17,193 nt of DNA from a virus (taxonomy: Duplodnaviria; Heunggongvirae; Uroviricota; Caudoviricetes): IMG/VR virus record IMGVR_UViG_3300029725_000197; one strand, written 5' to 3'. Within the stretch, counting starts at the first letter, position 1. Each line of letters starts with the position of its first letter. This document shows, in pieces, positions 7,012 to 14,975 of this stretch. The position numbers and the translations under genes are program-made. The notes under the pieces are model-generated. The model saw nothing but the letters and a program-made list of their open reading frames with translations. It ran no database searches and was not told the DNA's origin.

Positions 7012-9426
7012 TTAGTCAAGGATATCAAATAGGTCCTCATCGTCATCATGTGAGATTTCGTCAACAAGTTCGTTGTAGAGTGTGCGGATATCGTCATACT
7101 CCTTTCTGAGAGGAAAGCTCTTAGAATCAATACTTGTGATTAAATCCTGATAGAAGTTAGGATCACCAAAGACTTCAGACCAATCAATCTCGTAGACCTT
7201 ACCGGCACTATCAGATATGCCCATAAAACCTAACGGAATATCAGATTCTTCAACGATATCGCTTTCATAATCTTCATCATCAGTCAAAGTATAGTATTCT
7301 GTTGAAGCGAGAAGATCGACATCATCGATGAGATCAGCATCGACGGTATCTTCGTGGTAAATACAAAAAGTATCTTCAATGAACTGGTAAAGGACAGAAG
7401 ATGTTCCACATTCACCGCGATCAACTACAAGTTCGCTACCAACGGTCATAGTTCCGTATATCTCACAGAGAAATGTATGGTATCCATCTTCGTCGTCACA
7501 TTTTTGGAGTAAATCGCGGAGATACGGAATCAAAATAAACTCCGTAACTTTTTCCGGTATCATATCATAAAGCATCTGAAATGTACGGTCTCCACGTCGA
7601 GCAAGTTTGTTGTGCTCAAAGAGGTAGCCAATTCTTTCAAGGTTCTTATCCTTTTGTCGAGCAAAATATCGTGCACAGAAATATTCTTGGAAAGAGCGGT
7701 GAATGAAACTATAGCTATTGCTTTCCAAATACATGACACACAGGTTGGAGCAAACATCAAAAATGAAGTCGTCTGTTGATTTAGAGGAGAGCGGAAATTT
7801 ATACTTTAGATTGGAAAAATAGCGATCCATTTCTGCCCATGAAAATTCAAATTTCTCATCATTATATGTTATCGCACAAAAGCGAGCAAGAACATCAGCA
7901 AACTGGTCTGTTGTGATACCTGTACTCAAGGCACGGCGAAATCCGCCTTTATTTGCATCATGCTTCTTAGAAAGAACAGTGTAGGCTTCTTGGTAGAATA
8001 TGTGCATTTTGGATGGAACTTCTGCAAACTCTTCAAATGTCATCAACATTATGGTAAGCAGAAGTGGATTATCAGAAAAGCCGTGGTGTGACCAGTAGAG
8101 ACGTAGGTCAAGTTCTTTGCGGAACTTTGATTTAATCTCTGGCATATCAGAGCGAAAGTCCAACTTATCAATTAGTTCAAGACTCTGGGCTTTACTAAAA
8201 GATTCTAGGTTTACTACAGTGAAACGAGTGAATGCGGAAAAATTACCGTATGGACGAGAGGAAATAATGAATTGATTATTCGTGTATAGATTGATGAATG
8301 CGTCCAATGCACTCTGAAAACTTACTGCAGTATCCTGGCTGATTTCATCCAGTCCGTCAAAAAGGAACAGGCCCTTACCTGATTCCAGAATTGCAATCAT
8401 GCGTTCACGACTGATTCCAGAAAATAAACTACTTATCTCAAAGATAATGAAGTCAATCAAATCGGCAAAGTTGGCTCGATAATTTTTCAGTTGAATGAAA
8501 AATGGAATAATGCCGGTGTTTGTATGGCGCTTGGTAGCGTCCAGGAAAAGATGACGCATCATCATGGACTTTCCAAGACCACCCGTGCCACTAAGAATAA
8601 TGCAAGAGGAGATATCTGAGAGCTTTTCCATTGTAACATGCTCAATTGTTTCTCGTTTATAGGATCTCTTGTTGTTCTTATAAATAGGGACATATCTGTA
8701 AATATCATTGCAAACGTAGAAGTCATAGAACGGCACAGGGGCTTCACTGTACAGAAGAGTTTTAATTTTATCATAGGTATGCAGTATCTTATTGAGATAA
8801 AGTTCGGTGCAATCATCTGCACAAAGACTGTCAGGTGTTTGACAGTCAAGAAGCCGAATTTGTTTGTCCGTGCTTGCCCGCTCAATAAATCCCCAGTCAA
8901 TGCTACTTATATCATCATTTTTGTTTTCGTTGGTTAGAACGGTATAGAGAAATAGCCCAGCGAGGAATGAAGAAGGCTCAATAGCAGACATCTGTGCTGA
9001 GAAAACAGAGTCGTGCCCCATACATTGTTCAAAGGTCATTCTGTGCGTGTAAGCAAGAGAAACATCCAAGGTAATAACAGACTGAAGCGCAGACAGGGCA
9101 TAGGTGATTTTGTCAGGGTCAAGTAAGGGGAGGATGGATTCTTCAAAGATGGGTGTCAGTTCTTGTACATTGCTGTTTCTGGCAAGGGCGACAATGTTGG
9201 TAATAGAACCATCTGTTGAACGTACTGGACCATAGCTGTCAGAAACAGTTACCTCTGGAAAATTGGCAGTACAGTTCATTAGGCGGGAAACAGAAGTATC
9301 ATTGTCGATATATTTTGAATCAGGATCGATGGTTTTCACCAGAGCATCGACAAGGGTTTTGTTATGTACACTGCATCGACAGCAGAGTTTTAGTATCTTG
9401 GCATAGATTCCAAAGCATAATTCCAT
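7012..9426 (-). CDS. NACHT-domain STAND NTPase (bacterial NLR-related, putative anti-phage), 804 aa
   Basis: Walker A IILSGTGGLGKS (~8566-8589), Walker B LFLFDGLDE, FIISSRP sensor, NPLLL motif and winged-helix YSFIHRSFQEYF. Start moved to ATG 9426 (MELCFG) because of the AGGAGGA RBS at 9434-9440. Confidence 0.9.
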   Translation of the reverse strand: MELCFGIYAKILKLCCRCSVHNKTLVDALVKTIDPDSKYIDNDTSVSRLMNCTANFPEVTVSDSYGPVRSTDGSITNIVALARNSNVQELTPIFEESILPLLDPDKITYALSALQSVITLDVSLAYTHRMTFEQCMGHDSVFSAQMSAIEPSSFLAGLFLYTVLTNENKNDDISSIDWGFIERASTDKQIRLLDCQTPDSLCADDCTELYLNKILHTYDKIKTLLYSEAPVPFYDFYVCNDIYRYVPIYKNNKRSYKRETIEHVTMEKLSDISSCIILSGTGGLGKSMMMRHLFLDATKRHTNTGIIPFFIQLKNYRANFADLIDFIIFEISSLFSGISRERMIAILESGKGLFLFDGLDEISQDTAVSFQSALDAFINLYTNNQFIISSRPYGNFSAFTRFTVVNLESFSKAQSLELIDKLDFRSDMPEIKSKFRKELDLRLYWSHHGFSDNPLLLTIMLMTFEEFAEVPSKMHIFYQEAYTVLSKKHDANKGGFRRALSTGITTDQFADVLARFCAITYNDEKFEFSWAEMDRYFSNLKYKFPLSSKSTDDFIFDVCSNLCVMYLESNSYSFIHRSFQEYFCARYFARQKDKNLERIGYLFEHNKLARRGDRTFQMLYDMIPEKVTEFILIPYLRDLLQKCDDEDGYHTFLCEIYGTMTVGSELVVDRGECGTSSVLYQFIEDTFCIYHEDTVDADLIDDVDLLASTEYYTLTDDEDYESDIVEESDIPLGFMGISDSAGKVYEIDWSEVFGDPNFYQDLITSIDSKSFPLRKEYDDIRTLYNELVDEISHDDDEDLFDILD

Positions 9427-9551
9427 GCATTTATCCTCCTGTAAGTGAAAATCAAGTATATGTAAGGGGACTTCAAGCATCCATCTACCGTGCTTCAAGT
9501 GCCTGTCCTGTTAAAGTAAGACTGCATCAAAACGATGTGGTCTTTTCTTTT

Positions 9552-9560
9552 ATTATAGCA
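9552..9560 (-). promoter_or_regulatory. Extended -10 promoter element for the NACHT gene
   Basis: Minus strand TGCTATAAT (9560-9552). No good -35 at 17-nt spacing. Confidence 0.5.
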
Positions 9561-9601
9561 CCAGACAAGGTGACAAAAAAGAAATTTTTTCCTCTTTATG
9601 T

Positions 9602-9725
9602 GACAGAAGCAGTCCCACAATAAACTGGCGGTGGTTACGTCTAAAGGGGTAAAACAACCCAAAAAGAGAAGAAATCACTGGTTTTAGCGGCTTATATGGT
9701 GAGCGATTCTGGGACTGCTGGTGTC
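9602..9725. repeat. 20-bp imperfect inverted repeat in the NACHT/XRE divergent intergenic region
   Basis: GACAGAAGCAGTCCCACAAT (9602-9621) versus ATTCTGGGACTGCTGGTGTC (9706-9725): 17/20 complementary. Confidence 0.6.
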
Positions 9726-9726
9726 C

Positions 9727-9755
9727 TCGAATGAAGATGGGAGAAATGGTATCCT
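9727..9755 (+). promoter_or_regulatory. Possible promoter of the XRE gene
   Basis: TCGAAT (9727-9732), 17 nt, TATCCT (9750-9755) with extended TG. Confidence 0.35.
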
Positions 9756-9822
9756 GAGTTCATCAAAACGCCGGTCATGAAACTACCTGAAAAATCAGTC
9801 GGGTTGGAAAGGAGGTGTAAGC

Positions 9823-10164
9823 GTGGTCAATATTCATAGCGAGGAGTACATCCTGGGTCAAAATATAAGAAATTACAGACTGGAAAAAGGCTGGTCACAG
9901 AAGCAGCTGAGTGATGCCGTCGATATCGACCGCGCTGACATTTCCAAGTATGAGAATGGTACAAAAGGTGAAATGGGGTTCAAAACCCTAAAGAAGTTCG
10001 CATCCGCTCTGGATGTCAGCACAGATGACCTTCTGACGGAGAAAGAAAAAACAGTAGAGATCTCCGAAGAAATCGGAGTAGAATTTGCTAAATTGACGAA
10101 GGATGGGCAGATTACTATCCGAAACATGATGAAATTCCTTCAGTCGCAGCAGATGGCAGGATAA
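9823..10164 (+). CDS. XRE/Cro-CI family HTH transcriptional regulator (113 aa, no S24 domain)
   Basis: LGQNIRNYRLEKGWSQKQLSDAVDIDRADISKYENG...LKKFASALDVSTDDLL. AAAGGAGGTG RBS before the GTG start. Confidence 0.92.
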   Translation: MVNIHSEEYILGQNIRNYRLEKGWSQKQLSDAVDIDRADISKYENGTKGEMGFKTLKKFASALDVSTDDLLTEKEKTVEISEEIGVEFAKLTKDGQITIRNMMKFLQSQQMAG

Positions 10165-10199
10165 CCGCATGGTCGAATGAGACTGTGCGGTATTTTTTT
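10164..10199 (+). terminator. Rho-independent terminator after the XRE gene
   Basis: Stem ACCGCATGGTC (10164-10174)/GACTGTGCGGT (10181-10191) with G-U pairs, followed by a T7 run. Confidence 0.8.
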
Positions 10200-10224
10200 G
10201 CTTTTCTGCAAGACGCAGATGAAA

Positions 10225-10267
10225 ATGTGGCAAATTCGCCACATCAAGTGTGGTGGTCTCGCCATCT
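10225..10267. promoter_or_regulatory. Tandem palindromic operator upstream of the replication operon promoter
   Basis: ATGTGGC-N6-GCCACAT (10225-10244) and a degenerate copy GTGTGGTGGTCTCGCCATCT (10248-10267). An extended -10 TGGTAGACT follows at 10285-10293. Confidence 0.6.
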
Positions 10268-10375
10268 GCAAGCGCCTTTCCAACTGGTAGACTATAAACA
10301 GTTCAAGGGACAAGCCCACAGAACCACAGAGTTTGAATCTGTCGGCGATCTCTCGGACAAATAAAAAAATATCGT

Positions 10376-10503
10376 AAGCCCGATTCTAGAGCAGGCGAAG
10401 GATACCATAGCAGAACCTCACAGTACAGCGATTTATTTGCTGGTGCTGGAGGTATGCGAATGGGATCACTCTACCTATCTCTGGAATCGGGCTTTCTGTG
10501 TTT
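10376..10503 (+). ncRNA. Candidate structured leader RNA (long irregular hairpin) of the phage replication operon
   Basis: 16-bp closing stem AAGCCCGATTCTAGAG (10376-10391)/CTCTGGAATCGGGCTT (10479-10494), with nested helices and a U-rich tail. Confidence 0.5.
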
Positions 10504-10590
10504 CACAGCCTTGCCAGATGGTTTGGTGCCTCATCTGCATCCTGCTTCGGTATCTTTCCCTCCCAGAAGTCCGGGGGAAAGGACAGAAAA

Positions 10591-11340
10591 ATGATGAACA
10601 TGATGACTGGAGCAGTAGCAATCAATGGTGGCGTAGGCGTGATGGAGATTCGCCAGCCGATAGCAAAGAATGTGGCTCAGGCGGCAGAACAGATGGCTGC
10701 GGATCTTGCAGTAAACGCACATATCACCCTGCGCGAGCTGAAGACAAAGATTGACACCTTGGTGGAAAAGAAGCTCCCGACCTTTAAGACCCTTATGGAA
10801 AAGGAGCCGGTGGCAGTGGCACAGACAATGGTAAATGGAGCAAAGCTGACTGCGTATGAGAACGGCTACGCGGTGTACGAGGTAGATGGCTCCCATACAG
10901 TCATGGCGGTGGATCGCTGCAACGATTACCGCTATGACTTTACGGATGGGACCTACGAGGTGATCCCGGCAGAAGCATTCGAGGATGTTGAGTGGAGTGT
11001 CCGTCTGCTGATGGAAGGTGAGCGTCGGATGGAGCATAACCTGAATAAGCGTGTGGCAGATTCAGAAAATGTTTCCTTGGAATGTGACGGTTCTGACTGG
11101 TCTGCAGCCGTTATGGTGGATTTTCTGGATGAAGACAATGCCGAGATGCTGGCAGACAGGGAACTTCGCCGTCTGTACGCTGCCATGAGCAAGCTCACAG
11201 AGCGCCAGACCGAGGTGATCCAGCTTTACTTCTATAAAGGTATGACGCTGCAGGAGATTGCAGAGGAGCTGGGGATAACAAAACCGGCTGTCCATTATGC
11301 GATTAAGGGTGCTCTCAAAAAAATGAGAAAAAGTTTTTGA
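10591..11340 (+). CDS. Sigma-70 region 4 domain protein (phage/ICE sigma-like regulator), 249 aa
   Basis: C-terminal LYAAMSKLTERQTEVIQLYFYKGMTLQEIAEELGITKPAVHYAIKGALKKMRK. AAAGGA RBS favours ATG 10591. Confidence 0.85.
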   Translation: MMNMMTGAVAINGGVGVMEIRQPIAKNVAQAAEQMAADLAVNAHITLRELKTKIDTLVEKKLPTFKTLMEKEPVAVAQTMVNGAKLTAYENGYAVYEVDGSHTVMAVDRCNDYRYDFTDGTYEVIPAEAFEDVEWSVRLLMEGERRMEHNLNKRVADSENVSLECDGSDWSAAVMVDFLDEDNAEMLADRELRRLYAAMSKLTERQTEVIQLYFYKGMTLQEIAEELGITKPAVHYAIKGALKKMRKSF

Positions 11341-11421
11341 AGAACTACTTAACTTTTGCCCCAAAACGGTGGTCTTTATGAGAGGGCCACCTCTCAAGTA
11401 CATCAACAGGAGGAAAAACCT

Positions 11422-11970
11422 ATGAATGCAGAACGCATGAATAAGGCGAATGTAACCGCCAAGATAGAAGGTTCTAAGGAGGCTCGTCCGCCCGGCGGGT
11501 TCCCGCTGGCATCGGCACCGAAGAAGATTTTTATCTGCTCGCCGTACCGACCGACAGTAAATGACCCGCCGTGCAGGAAGGCACAGATGGAGGCAAACAT
11601 CCAGAGGGCAAAGACGGCCTGCAGGATTCTTGCCACAATGGGAGTCCTGCCACTGGCTCCACATCTGTATTTTACTCAGTTCTTAAAGGATGAGGATGCG
11701 CAGGAGCGTGCAACAGGAATCCGATTTGGAATGCAGTGGCTGGAAGCCGCGGATGAAGTGTGGGTGTTCGGCGAAACCATATCCGAGGGTATGGCAGCGG
11801 AGATCAAGAGAGCGCATGAGCTGCAGAAGCCTGTTTGCAATCTTCCGGAGCCGGGACGCATGGTCGAGCTGCTTTTGAAGAGGCTTTCCGAGCAGTATCA
11901 CATACCAATGGAAGATAAAACCGAAGAGCAGCAGGAAGCTGCAGAAAGTGAGGAAGACAATGGAGAATAA
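11422..11970 (+). CDS. DUF4406-like (nucleoside deoxyribosyltransferase-fold) phage protein
   Basis: IFICSPY...PLAPHLYFTQFL...ADEVWVFGETISEGMAAEI pattern. AGGAGG RBS before ATG 11422. Confidence 0.75.
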   Translation: MNAERMNKANVTAKIEGSKEARPPGGFPLASAPKKIFICSPYRPTVNDPPCRKAQMEANIQRAKTACRILATMGVLPLAPHLYFTQFLKDEDAQERATGIRFGMQWLEAADEVWVFGETISEGMAAEIKRAHELQKPVCNLPEPGRMVELLLKRLSEQYHIPMEDKTEEQQEAAESEEDNGE

Positions 11971-12382
11971 GAACGAGAAGAGCATGACTCTGGAGGAAAT
12001 GATCAGCGAGATGCTGAAGGACGCCAAGGTGGTAAAGGTTCCGCTTCCTGCCAAGGCAGAGGAAAAAACGGAAACTCAGGAGCAGGATAAGCCGATGCCG
12101 GCACGTCCGTCTGGTGTTCCGTTCATTTCGCTCAGCATCAAGAACCTGCACCTCCACATGGATGAGCATATGACCTCGTACAACTACGGTTTCGGACAGG
12201 AGCCGGATGCTGAAGCAGATGACCCGGTAGAGGACATCGACTTCGATGAGATGCTGTCTCACATCCACAAGGAAACCGGTCTGTGCGAGAAGGTCATTCT
12301 GGCAGTCCTGAAGGCACAGGCCGATTATCTGGATGACCTGTGGGGGGATGAGGAAGAAACCGGAGAGGAGGCAAACGCATGA
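11960..12382 (+). CDS. Hypothetical acidic phage protein
   Basis: GAGGA RBS before ATG 11960. Overlaps both neighbours, consistent with translational coupling. Confidence 0.7.
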   Translation: MENKNEKSMTLEEMISEMLKDAKVVKVPLPAKAEEKTETQEQDKPMPARPSGVPFISLSIKNLHLHMDEHMTSYNYGFGQEPDAEADDPVEDIDFDEMLSHIHKETGLCEKVILAVLKAQADYLDDLWGDEEETGEEANA

Positions 12383-13032
12383 TGGACGAACTGAATGCTT
12401 TGAACGCTCCGAAAAAAGTCGTGGACGGTCTGGTCGAGGTCTTTGACGGTCTGGCGCAGATGTTTGCCGGCGTATCCGAGCAGCTGGATATGCTGGCGGC
12501 AAATGCAAAGACGGAGGACGAGCTGGAGCTTCCGGTGGCAGAGCAGCCGGTACTGCCTGTAACAGAAAAGAAAGGCCCGGCGGTTTCGCATCCCCGTAAG
12601 AAGCCGGTCAAGAAAACCAAAAAGGTGGAAGAGACAGCTCCTTCGGCCATCGAGGAAACCGCAGAGGTGCCTGTGGTAGAAGATTCTGGCGAGGCAGAGG
12701 AAGCAGTGAACTCCGAGAGTTCAGAAACCGCAGAGAACGAGCATCCGGTGGATGATGCGGATGCGCTGCCGTGGGAAGAAGATACCGGCCAAAAAGAAGT
12801 ACCGTCCGATAAAACCACGGACAAGGACACACCTGCTGCCAAAGAGGAAACACAGTCTGCGGTGACGATCACCAAGGACGAGATCACGGCGGTCATTGTC
12901 GCCAAGATCAAGAAGAAGCGTGATAACAACGAGAAGATCGGTCAGCTTCTGAAGACCTACGGTGTGGCCCAGCTGTCTGACCTGCCTGCAGAGAAGTACG
13001 AAGCATTTCTGGCAGATGTCTCCCAGATTTAA
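12379..13032 (+). CDS. Acidic low-complexity phage protein with conserved C-terminal helical domain (type found upstream of DUF2800)
   Basis: ATGA overlap with the previous gene and a GGAGAGGAGG RBS. C-terminus KIGQLLKTYGVAQLSDLPAEKYEAFL. Confidence 0.75.
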   Translation: MMDELNALNAPKKVVDGLVEVFDGLAQMFAGVSEQLDMLAANAKTEDELELPVAEQPVLPVTEKKGPAVSHPRKKPVKKTKKVEETAPSAIEETAEVPVVEDSGEAEEAVNSESSETAENEHPVDDADALPWEEDTGQKEVPSDKTTDKDTPAAKEETQSAVTITKDEITAVIVAKIKKKRDNNEKIGQLLKTYGVAQLSDLPAEKYEAFLADVSQI

Positions 13033-13043
13033 GGGAGGTCATC

Positions 13044-14267
13044 ATGCCGGAAGTACATGCAATCCTTTCTGCTTCCAGCTCGAAGAGGTGGCTGAACTGT
13101 ACGCCATCTGCAAGGCTGGAGCAGAACTTTCCAAATGAATCCTCGGTGTATGCCGAGGAGGGAACTGCCGCCCATGCGCTGGGCGAGTATAAGCTGCGGA
13201 AATATCTGCACGAACGGGTGAAGCGCCCAACCTCTGAATATGAGGATGAGGAGATGGAAGCGAACACGGATATCTATGCGGAGTTCATCATTTCCACGGT
13301 GGAACGCATCAAGGAGACCTGTCCGCATCCGCTGGTCATGGTGGAGGAACGGCTGGATTACAGCTACCTGGTTCCATCTGGCTTTGGTACCGGCGACTGC
13401 GTGATCATCGCAGATGGGACGCTCTACGTTATGGACTACAAGAACGGCAAGGGCGTGTTCGTAAACTGTGACCATAATCCGCAGATGATGCTGTACGCCT
13501 TGGGTGCTTACCATGCCTACGGATATCTGTACAGCATCAAAAAGGTGTCCATGACCATTATCCAGCCGAGACTGGAAAATATTTCAACGTTTGAATGCAG
13601 TGTGGAGGAACTGCTGGACTGGGCAGAGACCTATGTCAGACCGAGGGCAAAGCTGGCCTTTGAAGGAAAAGGCGAGCAGGTTCCCGGGGACTGGTGCCGG
13701 TTCTGCCGTGCCAGAACTTCCTGCAAAGCCTGTGCCGATGAAGCAATGGCTCTGGTGAAAGAAGAGTTTCTGGATCTGGATGCCGGCGTGCTGGAGGATG
13801 AAACCGAGGAAACAGATGCAACAGCATCCTTTGACCCGGACACCTCCGTGCCGACCTTCAAATCTCCGGCACTGCTTTCCAAGACAGACATTGAGACGAT
13901 GCTGCCGACCCTGAACCGTATCGAGTCCTGGATCGAAGCCATCTTTGCCTATGTCAGTTCGGAGGCCATCAATCATGGTGTCAGCTGGGATGGGTATAAG
14001 GTGGTCGAAGGCAGGAGCAAGAGACAGTTCCTTGATACGAAATCGGTGGTGGTCGCGGCAGAGAAGGCCGGATATACCGATATTTATAAGACGGAGCTGA
14101 TTTCCCTGACAGCCTTTGAAAAGCTCATGGGGAAGAAAAAGTTCCAGGAGATTCTGGGGGAGTATGTGGTCAAGCCGCCCGGTAAGCTGGCACTTGTCCC
14201 GGATTCGGACCCCAGAGAAGCAGTCGATCTGCAGACTGCGGAAGATGAATTTGCTGTCCTCGACTGA
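13044..14267 (+). CDS. DUF2800 family PD-(D/E)XK (Cas4/RecB-like) nuclease
   Basis: HAILSASSSKRWLNCTPS, AEEGTAAH, FGTGDCVII...MDYKNGKG, NPQMMLYALG, IIQPRL, WCRFCRARTSC and GYKVVEGRS. The 1+3 Cys arrangement is as in Fe-S Cas4/AddB nucleases. GGGAGG RBS. Confidence 0.9.
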   Translation: MPEVHAILSASSSKRWLNCTPSARLEQNFPNESSVYAEEGTAAHALGEYKLRKYLHERVKRPTSEYEDEEMEANTDIYAEFIISTVERIKETCPHPLVMVEERLDYSYLVPSGFGTGDCVIIADGTLYVMDYKNGKGVFVNCDHNPQMMLYALGAYHAYGYLYSIKKVSMTIIQPRLENISTFECSVEELLDWAETYVRPRAKLAFEGKGEQVPGDWCRFCRARTSCKACADEAMALVKEEFLDLDAGVLEDETEETDATASFDPDTSVPTFKSPALLSKTDIETMLPTLNRIESWIEAIFAYVSSEAINHGVSWDGYKVVEGRSKRQFLDTKSVVVAAEKAGYTDIYKTELISLTAFEKLMGKKKFQEILGEYVVKPPGKLALVPDSDPREAVDLQTAEDEFAVLD

Positions 14268-14312
14268 GGGCAGCAGCAATACACAAAAACAGATTGATGG
14301 AGGATTTTTATT

Positions 14313-14897
14313 ATGGCTAACAAAATTTCCAGTGCAACTAAGGTCGTGATTCCGTGCCGTATCTCTTTCGCAAACATTTTTGAAGCAAAGAGCATCAACG
14401 GCGGCGAGGCTAAGTATTCCGTTTCCTGCCTGATCCCGAAGGAGGACAAGAAGACCCTGCTGGCAATCCACAAGGCAGTGGAGGCAGCCAAGGAGGATGG
14501 CAAGACCCGTAAGTGGGGCGGTAAGATCCCGTCGAACCTGAAGTTGCCTCTGCGTGACGGTGACATCGACCGCCCGGACGACGAGAACTATCAGGAGCAT
14601 TTCTTTGTGAATGCCTCCAGCAAGGATGCACCGCAGGTCGTGGACCGTCATGTCCAGCCTGTGACAGACCCGATGATGGTCTACTCCGGCTGCTACTGCA
14701 ACGTCAGTGTAAACTTCTACGCTTTTAACGCCAACGGCAATCGTGGTGTGGCGGCCGGCCTGGGCAATGTCCAGTTCGTAAAGGATGGCGACCGTCTGTC
14801 CGGCAAGGCATCGGCAGAGTCTGATTTTGACGCGCTGGACGATGAGGATGTTCTGGGTGGCGATGCCGGTGAGGAGCTGCCGGACTACCTTCGCTAA
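14313..14897 (+). CDS. DUF2815 family phage single-stranded DNA-binding protein (T7 gp2.5-like)
   Basis: RISFANIFE, KYSVSCLIPK, LPLRDGD, VYSGCY, NRGVAAGLGNVQFVKDGDRL and an acidic C-terminal tail. GGAGG RBS. Confidence 0.9.
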   Translation: MANKISSATKVVIPCRISFANIFEAKSINGGEAKYSVSCLIPKEDKKTLLAIHKAVEAAKEDGKTRKWGGKIPSNLKLPLRDGDIDRPDDENYQEHFFVNASSKDAPQVVDRHVQPVTDPMMVYSGCYCNVSVNFYAFNANGNRGVAAGLGNVQFVKDGDRLSGKASAESDFDALDDEDVLGGDAGEELPDYLR

Positions 14898-14920
14898 GAG
14901 AAACACAGATAAGTAACCGT

Positions 14921-14953
14921 GCCGGGGGATGCCAGAGTGTCCTCCGGCTTTTT
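14921..14953 (+). terminator. Intra-operon Rho-independent terminator between SSB and polymerase
   Basis: Stem GCCGGGGGATGC (14921-14932)/GTGTCCTCCGGC (14937-14948) followed by a T5 run. Confidence 0.75.
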
Positions 14954-14975
14954 ACATCGAATAGAGGTGAGATAT

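Noticed and set aside
9427..9498. N-terminal 24-aa extension of the NACHT ORF
   Set aside because: A strong AGGAGGA RBS lies inside it, positioned for ATG 9426.
10498..10590. N-terminal extension of the sigma-like ORF and overlapping 10437..10754 ORF
   Set aside because: No RBS. The region is better explained as a structured leader, and the RBS supports 10591.
13044..14267. Cas4-like nuclease as evidence of a CRISPR system
   Set aside because: No repeat-spacer array or other cas genes. The context is a phage replication module.
13584..14906. 440-aa antisense ORF over DUF2800/DUF2815
   Set aside because: Shadow of well-supported + strand genes with biased codon usage. No motifs or RBS.
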